Below are positions 38,515 through 51,561 of a stretch of 64,000 bases of DNA, in pieces. This DNA is from Lama guanicoe. Lineage: Eukaryota. The notes beneath the pieces were generated by a model. That model was not told where the DNA came from and searched no databases. It saw nothing but the letters and a program-made list of their open reading frames with translations. The stretch lies in NCBI GenBank assembly GCA_013239625.1, contig MU054220.1:1169509-1233508 (forward strand). The letters run 5' to 3'. Position 1 is the first letter of the stretch; each line of letters opens with the position of its first letter. A program made the position numbers and the translations under genes.

Positions 38515-39382
38515 TGGTGAATTTTTTCTGTTAAGGACCAGATAGGAAATATCCTCAGCTTTGCAGACCAAGGGACCCTTTCTGCCACTGTAGCACAAAA
38601 GTAACTATAGACAACATGTAAACAAGCGGGCATGGCTGTGTTCCAATAAAACTTTATTTACAAAAACAGGCAGCCAAGTAGACTTGTGGTCATGGTTTCA
38701 CAGGGATATACTCATCTCCAAACTCATCAGCTTGTACACATTCATTGATGTACAGTTTCTATATGTCAAAAAAAATATTCTTGGGAGAAGATATAGCTCA
38801 AATGGTAGAGCACATACTTAGCATGCATGAGGTTCTGGGTTCAATCCCCAGTACCTTCTCTAAAAATAAATAAATAAACCTAATTACCTCCCCCAATAAC
38901 AACAACAAAAATTCTTAAATAGATAAAATGAACTAGAGCTGTGTGTTCCAACACTGTTAAATAACAAACCAAAATGCTAAAGAAAGCAGGCTGCAGAATA
39001 ATGTAGACATTATAAAATCTGGTAAAAGTTTAAAGCTGTGTAAAACTATAGAGTTACATACGTATGTAATAAAATATGAAAGCACGCAGGAGAAGAATAG
39101 AGATTAACTTCAGGACCACATTCACCTACGTAAGCAGGAGAAGGGGACAGGAGACTAGTAAGCAGGGACTTTAATTGCATCTGTAATGTATTATCAACAA
39201 ATAAACATACATCGTGCTTTATCAAATTATTGTTATTCTCTGTATTTTTTGTAAGGTTGAATGAGTTCATAAGAAAACATTATAAATAAGAAGTAAATTA
39301 AAATATATTATGATTTAAAAAAAAAATACCAAGCAAGCAGCCATACTGGCCCACGGACTACAGTTTGCCAACCCTTGTTCTA
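38515..39382. mobile_element. MER58A-like hAT relic split by nested L1 fragments and a vic-1-like SINE (38783-38910)
   Basis: ggcatggctgtgttccaataaaactttatttacaaaaacaggc at ~38630-38670 resumes as ggcccacggactacagtttgccaaccc at ~39348. Confidence 0.65.
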
Positions 39383-39440
39383 AAGTCTCAAGACTTAGGG
39401 AAGAATTTACAATAGCCAAGACATGGTCCCTATTTGGTCC

Positions 39441-39975
39441 CTATTTACAATAGCCAAGACAAGGAAACAGCCTAATTGTCCATCTACAGATGACTGGATA
39501 AAGAAGATATGGTATATTTATACAATGGAATACTATTCAGCCATAAAATCTGACAACATAATGCCATTTGCAGCAACATGGATGTCCCTGGAGAATGTCA
39601 TTCTAAGTGAAGTAAGCCAGAAAGAGAAAGAAAAATACCATATGAGATCGCTCATATTTGGAATCTAAAAAAAAACAAAAAATACAAAACAGAAACAGAC
39701 TCATAGACCTAGTATACAAACTTGTAGTTGCCAGAGGGGCAGGGGGGGTGGGAAGGGACTGGGATTTCAAAATGTAGAATAGATAAACAGATTGTACTGT
39801 GTAGCACAGGGAAATATATACAGGATCTTGTGGTGGCTCACAGCGAAAGAGAAGGTGACAATGAGTGTACGTATGTTCATGTATAACTGAAAAATTGTGC
39901 TCTATGCTGGAATTTGACACAACACTGTAAAATGACTATAAATCAATAAAAAAAATGTTTAAAAAAAAAAAAGAA
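39441..39975 (+). mobile_element. 5'-truncated young L1 (ORF2 C-terminus + 3'UTR + poly(A))
   Basis: Translates LFTIAKTRKQPNCPSTDDWIKKIWYIYTMEYYSAIK (L1 ORF2 end); catggtccct occurs at both ends. Confidence 0.92.
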
Positions 39976-40118
39976 AGAAATCCATGGTCCCTTATCCAAA
40001 CCTTTATTGAATTTGTAAAACCTACCAACCGCAGTCTCTCTTAGGCTTTTTTCCCCCAAAGTGTCCATCTCTATCATTACGTTTGAAGTCCGTCACGCAC
40101 GGAGCGCCACCTGCGTAC

Positions 40119-40279
40119 CTGCAATGCACCAGGACCGGCGACTCAGGAGGGCTCTGCTTCATGTAGTCACGAACAAGGTACCGAAAGTTGATGAGCAGGT
40201 CAGTGGTGTCGGGAACACCGTGGTCAGGCCAGGAGGTGAAATGGAACTGACGCAAAGGGTGACTCTCACTTGTCTGGAT
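40119..40279 (-). CDS. PTPRJ: PTPRJ exon 23 (161 nt): IQTSESHPLRQFHFTSWPDHGVP...VLVHC
   Basis: WPD loop and catalytic Cys; AG/GT flanks. Confidence 0.97.
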
Positions 40280-41449
40280 CTAGAAGCCAAGAGAAGCGGT
40301 GAGATCCAGAGAGGAAGACAAGCAAGATCCAGCAGCATCTGAAGGCTGAACTGCTCACAGTGAAAGCAACCAAGGATAAGCCAGTCTGTTTAAAACGGGT
40401 GAAATCTACAGACATAAGTATGACATCATAAGGGATTCTCAATGGTTATGAATCGCATAATTCATGTGGGCCGTTCAGTGCATGATTAACTGCTCTGACA
40501 GCATCTCCAGAGGAGGAACTGAAATACTGAGGCTAGAGCCTTTGAGACACAGCAATTAGTAAAGAGTTAATAGCTAATACACTATAGCAGTGAGGTATGA
40601 AATGACTTATGAGATCTTTAAGGATAATTCTCATAAACCAGAGTCCAACCCACAACCCCCCATAAAATTCAACTCCACTGAATCTACCTCCAGGCTTTTC
40701 TTTCCATAATGTGCACAAAGTTTCATCTCCTAGTATGTTTCACTTAATCACACTCTCATTTCCCCTCATGGTAATTATGCATTTTCCACAGCCATCCCTT
40801 CTAATAGCTGAATAATTACAATGACCAGATAATCTATAGTTTAGTTACCTATTCTCCAAAAGCTAGATCTTTGCCTGGTTTCCAAATTTTCCCTCCATTA
40901 TAGATAATGCTCAGATTCATCTTTCTGAATAACAAGGCTTCTGCTATACTTCAGATTATTTCTTTAGGACAGATTCTCAAACTTGGAACCACCAGATCAA
41001 AGAGGAACAGATATTTTTATACCTTTGAAGCAAACTGCAAAGGGTTATACTAATTTACATGGCCATCAAAAGGTATCAGTGTCACTCATGACACGGCTTC
41101 TATTTTTAAACACCCTTCAAAATATAAAAAGGATATATAAACTGACTTCCTAGAATGCCTACATAATTTAATTGGGTTTGCTTTCATAACTTTTTGAGGG
41201 ATGGGAGGCCATGTGTATATGCCCTGGAATCTTATTAATGTAACTGTCATCATAAACTGTTTCAACAGCAAATGGCCACTCCTGGTGTCATATTTCCAGC
41301 CAAACAGTCCAAAAGGGCCCTGATTTGTAACAAAAACACTATGAGCAAGTCACCTGGAAGTGGACGGAAAGGAGTTACAGATGCTGAGCCATGCTCTTAA
41401 GATTCACTTTAAGAATATATGTGCAGTAAAAAAATTTTTTTAAAAAGTT

Positions 41450-41965
41450 CTATCAAGCCATGAAGACATGGAAGAAACTTAAAAGACCTATTACTAAATG
41501 AAGGAAGCCAGTCTGAACAGGTGACAAACTGTACGATTCCAACCAAAAAACATTCTGGAAAAGGCACAGCTACAGAAACAATAAAAAGATCATGGTTTCC
41601 AGGGGTTTGGGGAGAGGGAGGGAGGGAGGAATGAACAGATGGAGCACAAGGGATTTTTAGGGCAATGAAATTATTCTGTGTGATACTATAGTGGTGGCTA
41701 CATGTCATTGTGCACTTGTCAAAGCCCATAGACTGTACAACATCAAGAGTGAACCCTAAAGTAAACTATGGACTTTGGATGATAATAATGTGCCCATGTT
41801 GGTTCATTGATTGTACCAAATATGCCACACTGATGAGGGATGCTGAGGGTAGGGGAGTATATATGGGGGGGGGGCAGTTATGTGAGGACTCTGTATTTTC
41901 TGCTCAATTCTGTTGTGAACCTGAAACTGCTCCAAAAGAATAAAGTCTATTAAAAATTTTTTTTA
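41450..41965 (+). mobile_element. Old L1 3' end (L1MB/MC-like)
   Basis: gtgaaccctaaagtaaactatggactttgg...ctgttgtgaacctgaaactgctccaaaagaataaa. Confidence 0.8.
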
Positions 41966-42200
41966 ATTTTTTTAAAATTCATTTTAAGAATAACCTATGA
42001 ACTTGTCCTTAAGAAACTAAAGCTAAAGCGTTGCCCTAAAGGATAAGCAGACACAAATTGTTTTATTCTGTAGAGAAGAAAGCAAAAATATTTTTCTGAT
42101 GCATAAAGAAAATTGGTTAATATCAACCTAAAAAGTACCACCCCCAAATTAATACATGTTAACTTTGTGTAAGACCTATCCATCTGGACCTCTTACTTAC

Positions 42201-42320
42201 ATTTTTCACCGTGAAGTCTCTGATGGTCCATTCTGGAAGGACAATTTCTGACGTCATTGCCACAGTCATGTCCCCGTAGTCCTGAGCCTGCTTGGAGGGC
42301 CAGTACTCCTCACATTTGGT
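42201..42320 (-). CDS. PTPRJ: PTPRJ exon 22 (120 nt): TKCEEYWPSKQAQDYGDMTVAMTSEIVLPEWTIRDFTVKN
   Basis: KCxxYWP motif; AG/GT flanks. Confidence 0.97.
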
Positions 42321-42761
42321 CTAGAAGAAAATTGCATTTTTATGCAAGACTCAGATCCCATCATCTGCCATCACGGAAGCCTCCCAAGGGAGACCAGATA
42401 TGGAAAACTAGCATCAGGGTTGAATCCATTCCTTAGTTGGGTTCTATCTGACCCTTGGAATTTTGGGATTTTTTTAAATTTACAATTCCTGCCAACTCTT
42501 TCAAATCTGGGAGTTTTCTCATAAAAATCCAGATTTCTGGCTTCTCTTGAAAAATCAGAAGACCTGACCATCACTGAGCCCTCATTTCTGCATGAAAACT
42601 GATTTACAGGTAAGCAGCAGCTGCTCCTTCACAGGGGACCCCAAGCCCACCCAGCTCCCCAGGCCCCACAGCGGCCACTCCACCAACTGCTCGCTGAACT
42701 ACACTTCTCCAACTGACCCACAACCCTAAGCAGCAGAAGAAATGAGACCCTTTCCCAATTC

Positions 42762-42919
42762 TTTTTTTTAAAGACATTTTTAAAATTTTTTTATTTTTTA
42801 ATTTGGGGGTGGGGGGTTAGGTTTATTTATGTATTTTTAGAAGAGGTACTGGGGATTGAACCCAGGACCTCATGCATGCCAAGCATGAGCTCTACCACTT
42901 GAGCTGTACCCTCCCCCCC
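42762..42919 (-). mobile_element. tRNA-derived SINE (vic-1-like), reverse orientation
   Basis: Reverse complement of the 5496 family with T-rich tail. Confidence 0.85.
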
Positions 42920-43142
42920 AATACTTTCAGATATATACTAACTGCAGCACAAACATACAAACACTAATAGAGAGAATCAGGTTCCATCACTTGGGGGTAT
43001 TTGATTTTTATAAAGTCAGTGGGCAGATGTGTACAAAAATAAAAATCAGGAAACAACTGCTCCCTAAGAATACCTGAATGCCCATTTGGTAACTGACTTT
43101 TTCAAAAATGGGAGGTTTGTTTCACTTTAAAAAGAGATGCCT

Positions 43143-43285
43143 GGTAATAACATATAATGGAAAAGAATCTGAAAAGAAAAAATACATATGCATCTATATG
43201 TATAGCTGAGTCACTTTGCTGTACACCTGAAACTAACGTTGTATCAACTACAATTCAATAAAAAAAATTTAAGAATTAAAAAAAA
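43143..43285 (+). mobile_element. Short L1 3'-end fragment
   Basis: tcactttgctgtacacctgaaactaac...caataaaaaaa; imperfect TSD aaaag(a)gatgcc. Confidence 0.7.
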
Positions 43286-43592
43286 GGATGCCCGCTTCCC
43301 ACCTCCAGAGAAACTGCCTCTGGCCCAAGGATCTGTTGTTTTGTTTTGTTTTGTTTTCAAAGATCCCGGTTTCTGGACCACCGCTCCAAGAAAGAACACA
43401 GAACTGGAACACTCATGGAGTTTTTGCCCAGCTTGGTCTCTTAGCAGCTGGATTTATGTTGCTAACCTCATAGGCAAGTTCTTAAACTCAAGCCTCAGTT
43501 TCCCCATCTATAAAATAAGAACACCTCACAGGGATGTTAAAGCTAAAAACAAAACAGATGGAGAATCTAGTGCAGAAAACACACTGGCTTTT

Positions 43593-43640
43593 CACCCAGG
43601 CAGGAACATCCCCTTCCACCCAGGCAGGAACATCCACTTC
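43593..43640. repeat. 24-bp-period tandem duplication
   Basis: cacccaggcaggaacatcc at 43593-43611 and 43617-43635. Confidence 0.9.
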
Positions 43641-44044
43641 CCTCTCAACTTAAGACGAACAAGGACCCATCTAAATTCATCTTCTTGTTCTCTATTCATT
43701 TAACCATGTCATTTTCATTTATCTAACAGATACTTATGTGAATGTTCCATGTGCGAGGCCCTGGGCTCAACAGCACCAAAAGGTTTATTTGCATTCATAA
43801 GCAGTGACCTTTCATTTGCATAATAACCTGTTCTAATGCAAGAACCTTCTGTATCACAAGTAAACAAGAGGATGGGAACCTCCTCTTACTGTTCTTCATT
43901 ACCTTCCCCTCCCCCACTCCAGCCCCTAGCGCAGGACCTTACACACATCTGGGGCTGGATAAACATCAGCTAAGTTAAGGTGAAAAAAAAAAAAAGACTT
44001 AAAAGAAACAATGTCCAGTGGGTTCCCACAATCACCTGGACACC

Positions 44045-44203
44045 GCTACTCAGCGCCTGCACCCGGGGGCAGCGGAAGCAGCAGCATCGAGAATTGTCGG
44101 AAATGCAACTCTGGGGTCCAGCACAGACCCTCTGAATTAGAAACTGTAGGCAGAGCCTCCTTCCCGGTGATGCTCGTGCACGTTAAAGTTTCAGAATCAC
44201 TGG
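44045..44203. mobile_element. MER5A-like hAT relic
   Basis: agcagcagcatc...gaaatgcaactctggggtcc...ctgaattagaaact...aaagtttcagaatcactgg. Confidence 0.6.
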
Positions 44204-44534
44204 CTTGGGGACTTGATTCCCGTCCTACTCAGGTAACGAACCAACATGAAGAGACTCACAGAGCACACGAGATCCTACTCCTCAGGCACAGACTTTGTGA
44301 ATTTAGCCCATGTTCTTCAATTCTCCTCAATATGGAAACAAAGGATTTTATGACTAGAAGAAAATCTTGTCTTTGATGGTAGTGACTGGGGTAGGGGGCG
44401 GATTCTGGGCCATCACAGGGGAGCAGGAACTGCTGAGACTTACCTGGCAGTAAGTCTGAAATTTTGCATAAAGAAAGGGTCCTGATGCTAAAACCTGTTT
44501 GAAAATCACTGGGCTGATCAACTTGGTCATCTCA

Positions 44535-44662
44535 AATCGACACAACATTGTACACTGACTATACATTGTACACTGTCATCTCAAATCGACACAACATTGT
44601 ACACTGACTATATATATAAAAAAAAAATTTTTTTTAATAAAGCAACTCAAAAAAAAAAAAAA
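44535..44662 (+). mobile_element. Extremely truncated L1 3' end with duplicated 5' junction and double A-tail
   Basis: TSD ggtcatctca at 44525-44534 and 44665-44674. Confidence 0.7.
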
Positions 44663-44893
44663 TCGGTCATCTCACAGATGAGAAAGCTGGTTGCTTGGAG
44701 ACACAACGGGCTTGCGCTCAGTCCCAGAGGTGAAGCAGAACAGAGCTGTACCACGAGTTCTTCCATTACACTAACCCAACTCCTGCTTACTAACTCCAGA
44801 GCAGTGACTTAATAAATGGAGAATGTTGCTAGTTGTCCACAAAGGAAGGTGATGATAAAATTAATTTTTTTAATTTTTTTTAACTTTTCTCTA

Positions 44894-45193
<300 letters not shown>

Positions 45194-45298
45194 CTAAAAA
45201 TGGAAAGCAGCACATCTTCACCCTCAAAGAGACAGCAAGAGGAGCTCCAAGGACTTCATCCTCAGCAGCCAGCGCTACGAGAACCCCTCCCCACTTAC

Positions 45299-45372
45299 AG
45301 GCATGTAGTTGGCGTTGATGTAGTCGTCAGTTGGATGGGTCTGGACTGAAAGTCTGACACGGGAAATGTCAT
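45299..45372 (-). CDS. PTPRJ: PTPRJ exon 20 (74 nt): (Y)DISRVRLSVQTHPTDDYINANYMP
   Basis: DYINANY motif; AG/GT flanks. Confidence 0.97.
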
Positions 45373-45898
45373 CTGTGACATTCAAAGAAAAAAGGTCCTC
45401 ATTAGAAGTGTATGTTTGAGGTGAGTTGCACACAAGAGAAAAAAAGAGGTAGAAAATGTCACACCTTAAAGTTGCAGAGCTTGGCATTTTACATACATGA
45501 ACTGATTTCATTCTCATAGTCACCAGATGTGACTGTGGCACAGAGGAGGTACACGGTGACCTGGGCAAAGCCAGGAAGTGGCAGAGGCAGAGTTCGAACC
45601 AGGGCAGCCTGGCACCAGGGTCCAAGCTCTTAACCACCCCAGACGGCCTTCTCAGAGCCAATTATTAGCATCCTTGGGTATGTGCCATGAGCCAGGGAAG
45701 GCCCTCAGGATTGTTATTTATTCCTCAAAAACCACCCTATAAGCTTCCATGCCCATTTTACAGATGAGGAAACTGAGGGTCAGAGAGACTAAGTGACTTC
45801 TCCAAGCACTTTCATCTGGTGGATGGCAATCAGAATCCACATCCAGTGCCCTATCCACTATGGCAAGGCAGATACTCAGGTTAAGCTCTTCACACTTC

Positions 45899-46608
45899 TG
45901 AAATCGAGCAGGACCCTATGGGGCTTTCCCAGGACAGAACAACACCCCCTACCCCCATGTCCTCTGCCCACCTCTTGTCTGTAGAAAATCTTTAGTCAAA
46001 GAATAAGTTTAATCAGAGAAATAAGAACATATAGAAACAAATGGAAATAGTCAAGCAAAACAAAATAAAGATAGTTTAGACATTAAACAAAGTCAAGGAC
46101 CTTTAGTTCCTCCTCAAGGGTGATAGAAAATATTCTGAGCCACATCCTTTGAACTGTTTTATAGATACTGAAACCCCCTCCGGGTGGAAAAGTTAACCAC
46201 ATGATGACCAGACTGTAGCCATGACATAAGCTGCCACAATTCCAAGAACTGGCCTCAAAGAAATGGGGACAAATTGACCCTGGGACCGAAGACTAACTGT
46301 ACTTAAAGCTATCGAGATGATGCTGATCAGACCACGGCATGACTAACTTCAAGATGACTGTCAGAACTGACTGCTGTTCTGCACGTAGCCCCTCCCTCCT
46401 CCCTCCACCGACACACCCCGAAACTCCCCTTTAAATCTCTTGCCCACTGATCAGCGAGGCAGGAAGAGGGGAGTTGGCCTCTGGACATGAGTCCACCCTC
46501 CTCTAGTTACTGGCCTCTGGAATAAAGCAAACTTCCCTTTCTACTAACACTTGCCTCTCAAGTATTGGCTTTCAAGCAGTGAGCAGCCAGACCTGAGTTT
46601 CAGTAACA
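45899..46608 (+). mobile_element. ERV (class I-like) solo LTR, ~710 bp, antisense to PTPRJ
   Basis: TG...CA termini (tgaaatcgagcaggaccctatgg...ttcagtaaca), TATA-like tttaaat ~46430, AATAAA 46521; TSD not clean. Confidence 0.7.
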
Positions 46609-47805
46609 TTTTATTCTCATAAAAAAGTTGTTATAAAAAGACAGTCCCAAATTCAAGAATAAACTGAAGACTCCTATAAGTGGAAGGATCTAAAACATAA
46701 AACTCTCATGTTTTCTATATACCGTCACCTTAAAAAGTTCTCACACCAACTCGCCCAACCCCAGAAACGAAAGAATATCCTTAAAATTTCAAATGTCGTG
46801 CTGAGCTATGTTTCTCTGTCATTGACTATCCACGATCTCTCCCTCCCCTGGACAAAATAGTATAACAATTCTAAACCCAGTTACCAACATGAAGCTCAGC
46901 CTAAAATCTTCCTGACAAAAAAACAATATCCAAACTCCGGATCTGAAAAATCTCCACAGATGTTCACAAAAACAGGCCAACACCCCTGAATTAACCCCAG
47001 AACCAGCCTGGTTTCTCTCAGAACGTGAGTTAACGTCCACTGTCCACACAAGGGGGAAAATGAAGACAAAGAAGGGAAGAGCCAGAAAATCCTGAATCTA
47101 TGGAGATTTTAACGTTTTGGGCCAGGAAGGAAACACACAGCTTCAAGTAAAACAGACAATGCCTCTAAAGGTCCTGATGTAAAAATTATCAATAAAGCCT
47201 ATAAATTTCAGCTAAATCTGAACACAGCTATGACCTACTGATCCTTCTTTCTGGGCCCTAATTCCCATCCAAAAGAGAGACCGCAAAGAACGTGCCACGA
47301 TGAAGGGTTTACCTTTCATCCTAACAGATGATGAGTAAATAATTCTCACTTTAAACTCAATTTGTTGCCATCCCTGTCAGTAAGGCTACAGACATTGTTA
47401 ATTCTCAAAAACAGGAATGAATCCAAACAGAATTCATCTTTAGGCGTGGAACATACTAGGCCAACCAGAGACATGTCTGGACGAGCAGAAGGTGTTAATT
47501 CCCCGCCTGGCCTCCTGAGTGAAGCTGACAGACGTGGTCCAAGGCTGGTTCCATCACCACGATCTGTGTGTCTTTGGACAAATCACCTAGCCACTCTGTG
47601 CCTCACTTTCCTCATCTGCAAAATGAATATTCTACTACTTATTTCAAAAGGTTATGGCGAGGATTGAATTCAGTGGCACAATAGGTGACTGATGAATGGT
47701 TGTGGAAGTGGCCAGTTAGTATCCGGATTACCCTCCCCTCGACTCTTAGAGATGTGAGGCCAGTGACAGGAAAAAGGGAACGGTAAGGTGGGAAAAACAA
47801 CTTAC

Positions 47806-47896
47806 AGGGCAGAACGTTATTATAGCGATTCTTTCCCCTGTTCTCAGCCAGTTCAGCTGCAAATTTAGGTAGACTGACTCCAACATGCTTCAGATC
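47806..47896 (-). CDS. PTPRJ: PTPRJ exon 19 (91 nt): DLKHVGVSLPKFAAELAENRGKNRYNNVLP
   Basis: KNRY pTyr-recognition loop; AG/GT flanks. Confidence 0.97.
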
Positions 47897-48895
47897 CTGG
47901 AAACAGAATACATGAGGTATCCATTTATTCCGTGTTCAAATATTATTCATCCCGAGCAGAGAATATGAGAGAAAAAATGGGAAGGCAGAGGGGGAATGGG
48001 TTACGTTATGTCCCCCAAAAAGGTATGGAGAAGTTCTAACCCCTGGTACCTTTTTTTTGGGGGGGGGGGGGGTAGAGTCTCTGGATTATTATGAAAGGAT
48101 CCTTCCAGTATGTACACAGGACCCAAAAATACCAGTTTATCCGTCCCACTCATCCCCCCACCCCCACAGGCATCGCGGCAGTAACAGAGCTCCTTCGTGG
48201 CACCCAGGAAAACCGCAAAACTGCTGGAGAAAGACATCTATGCGCCTGTTTACACACTTCACATACTCGGAGGCAGCGGGCTAAAGATCTCCCAACACAG
48301 CGGTCTGTTCATTTAAGGTCATCAGCCAGAGACCTTCTCCCACGGCTGAGAGAGAACCTCATCTATTCCTTCCTTTACAGACACAGACACTGAGGCGAGG
48401 GCCCACGTCAGTGGTTCTCACATTGGAATCACTGGAAGGCTTTAAACACCACAGCTCTGGGGCTCCAGTCCGAGTCAGAAGGTTTGCAAGAACCAGTACT
48501 TATGAATCTTCTTTGAAATTATAGCTTTTTCAGATGTAATCACAGTAAGACGAGGTCATACTGGAGTGAGGGCCCTTAATCCAGTATCACTGATGTCTTT
48601 AGAACACACATTGAGATACAGACACATGGGGAGACACAGGAAGACGGAGGTAGGTGATGGGGTGATGCTGCCTCAAGTCCAGAAGGCCGAGGGCTTCCAC
48701 AAGGTGGATGACACAGGGGGGACCCTCCCCCAGAGGTTCCGAAGCAGGCCCTCAGGGGACACACAAGGGCATCTCCCTCCCCTTGAAGGGGACGGCCTCC
48801 CACCCAAAGATTCACCACAAAACAGAAATAGGCAGTTTTCCACCTTTCAGGAAAAGCATGAAGCAAGTAGAAACACAGTCTGTACAAGCACGTAC

Positions 48896-48983
48896 TTCGT
48901 ATTCTTCTGCAAACCCACAGTTGGAGTCGGCTTGCTGTTTCTTAAAGTAGGCCTCGAAATTCTCCACTTTGATTAACTTGGAT
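48896..48983 (-). CDS. PTPRJ: PTPRJ exon 18 (88 nt): SKLIKVENFEAYFKKQQADSNCGFAEEYE
   Basis: Matches the human juxtamembrane/wedge region as recalled; AG/GT flanks. Confidence 0.96.
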
Positions 48984-49092
48984 CTGGGAAAACAAAACAG
49001 CATCTCAGGGTTTTCTGCATTCGATTAAGTTCATACTCAAAACAGAAAAATACAAGTTATTTAAAAATAAAAAAAGCAAATAGTCTACTCAC

Positions 49093-49101
49093 TTTTTAGG
49101 T
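49093..49101 (-). CDS. PTPRJ: PTPRJ exon 17, 9-nt microexon ACCTAAAAA (gives ...IKPKKSK...)
   Basis: ttccctttctatgatgaAG|ACCTAAAAA|GTGAGT; phase 2-2; supplies the PKK otherwise missing between exons 16 and 18. Confidence 0.9.
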
Positions 49102-49673
49102 CTTCATCATAGAAAGGGAAAGAAAAAATAGAATTGAGAAATTAGAACTAATTAGATTAGAAAAAAAGACTCAATTTTCAATTAGAAAAAAATGACTCAA
49201 CCATGACTCTGCAGACAATAGTAAACATCTCCCAAAATGAAGAAAAACTACCGTATAATTGGGGGCGGTCAGTATAATGTTATTTACAAAACACTGAAAC
49301 ATGAATCAGGAAATCTGATTTCTAGACCCTGTTATTTAACTGACTGGCTTTGTGATTTTGAGCAAGTTCTCTCCTCCTAGAACTTCATAACCACTTTTTT
49401 TTTAAATCACAAAATATATATTTCTCGGTAGAACATGACAAGTCCAGTGTGGCTTGCCACAGCAGAACATGACAAGGAAATCAGCTTCAGGAGATTAATA
49501 AACACAGACTCCTTGCAGAATAACAAAGCTAGTAAGGACTTCCGGTTGACTAGGGCCAAACGTGCCAATCAGGAAAAATGACATCAGGTTCCATTAAAAG
49601 AAAAAAAATCAGAACAGTCACTGAGCAGATTGGGGGGATTAAGTGTCTTAAAGCCACAACTCTAGAGACTTAC

Positions 49674-49715
49674 TTAATCTGAGAAAAGGACACTTCATTG
49701 TTCTTTGCATCTTTC
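49674..49715 (-). CDS. PTPRJ: PTPRJ exon 16 (42 nt): KDAKNNEVSFSQI
   Basis: AG/GT flanks, phase 2-2, matches human as recalled. Confidence 0.95.
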
Positions 49716-51561
49716 CTGTTTTGAAAGAAAAAAGGATCCATTAGACCAAAACAGTTTAATTCTGGGCTTTGTCCCCTTTGAGTAACTACAAAAAGCCTTT
49801 TCTCTGGGTACTAGTTCACAGGCGACATTAGATCCTACTCACAAATGCTAAGTGTAATGGTCTAAGCAGCAAATGCTGATTAAAGCCCGTGAAGTCACTC
49901 TCCTGTATACCATCGAACAGCATCCAAGAATCTCACTCAAGCAACTTGAAGGAATTTTTCTGGGTAAATACATTATCAGCAGTATTATCCTACTGTAAGG
50001 CCAGACTTGTTATTTTATTCTCTGTTTTTGGTTGGTTTTTTGTTTGTTTGTTTGTTTGTGGGGTTTTTGTTTTGAGAAAGCCTTTTGGATAAAGTTAATG
50101 GAATAAACCAGAAAATATACCTAGTGTTGGCAAGGGAGCAGAGCACCTGGCACCCTCCTGTATTGCTGACAAACCCCAAATTGGTGTTTTAGAAACACAC
50201 ACACACACACCTTCTGGAAGGCAATTTCGCAGTAAGTATCAAAACTGAAAACATGCCCACCCACTGATCCAGCAACTACCCAGCTTGGAATTAAGCCGAA
50301 AGCACTATTCATGAGTACACCCAAAGATTTAGGCAAAAGGATAAGTAACTATGGGAAAAAAAAAACCAAAACCTGAAAACATCAGGAAACTGGTTGAATA
50401 ATTTCCATACACTTGAACATTTGATAGGCACTTAAAATGAAGATTTGAAGTTGTCAATAATGTCTTAAGTGAACAAAGCTGGCCAGAAAATAATGTGTAT
50501 GAGTCCATTTGTGGGTATGTCTATGTGAGTTTCGGGTACTAGTTCACATCAACATTGAGAGTAGTTGTATGTGGGTGCGACTATGGATTAAATATTTTCT
50601 CTGCTCTTCTGTATTTTTTTGTCATAAGCATGTGTAACTTTTATTTTAACAAGAAACAATAAAGCTGTTTTTGAACACCCTCCCTCACCAAAAAGAAAAA
50701 AAAAAACTCATAATCTAAAGCAAAAAGCTGGAACATGGGCACTGCCTGTCAACCCACCAGGGCAAGGTGGAAGCAGGAGACCAGGCATAGCCCACTTTAG
50801 AAACCCTGGGCCAGAACGAAATCCCCCTGGCTGGCAGCACCTGACGACAGCGAATGAACCCCAGCTGATACATAGACTTCATGCCCTGCAAAGTCAGGCA
50901 AGAGGCTGTGCGATGAAGAGCAAAGACCAGGTTCAAGTCCATGTTCACACTTCCTACGCTCAGCTGCTGCATCCTTGCATACAGGGCTTAGGAGACCTGC
51001 CTCACACAGCCTCATGCAGGAGAGAATTCACGGAAAGCACAAATCCAGTGCTCAGAACAGAGCTGCTATTTTTACTGTTTAACTACTCGCAAGGAGCAAG
51101 TGTACAGATAAAACAGTAGTAGCATACAAGGCACGAGACACTGCCGAATCACTTTATTTAATGCTCCTCAGCGTCATGAGTTAGGCACTGTTACCACTCC
51201 CGCATCACAGATCATCAGAGACATTAAGGCCAAGCCCCCTAACAGCTAGTCGAGACGGAGTGTGTGTTCAAACTAAGCTAACTCTAAAATGACATCTATT
51301 AACACCCTGGTTAACCTAGAACACCTGTTTGAAAGCAACACCCTCCACTGCAGTGTTCACCATGACCTGATGCTTTAAGGCCCGCCAGCTCCCGGGCTGA
51401 GATAAAATAAGACTGGCCAGATGGTGAAGACTGTGGATGATGAGGACCTGGGGGCTCATGACAGTATCCCTCCTAATCGTGCGAATGTTTGAAACTATTC
51501 GTAATAAAAAAAAAACTCCCTTTAAAAGTAGGGTATTATTATTAATATAAGCAAGAGTCAC

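Noticed and set aside
39423..39668. 81-aa ORF
   Set aside because: C-terminus of L1 ORF2 in a truncated copy, not a host gene
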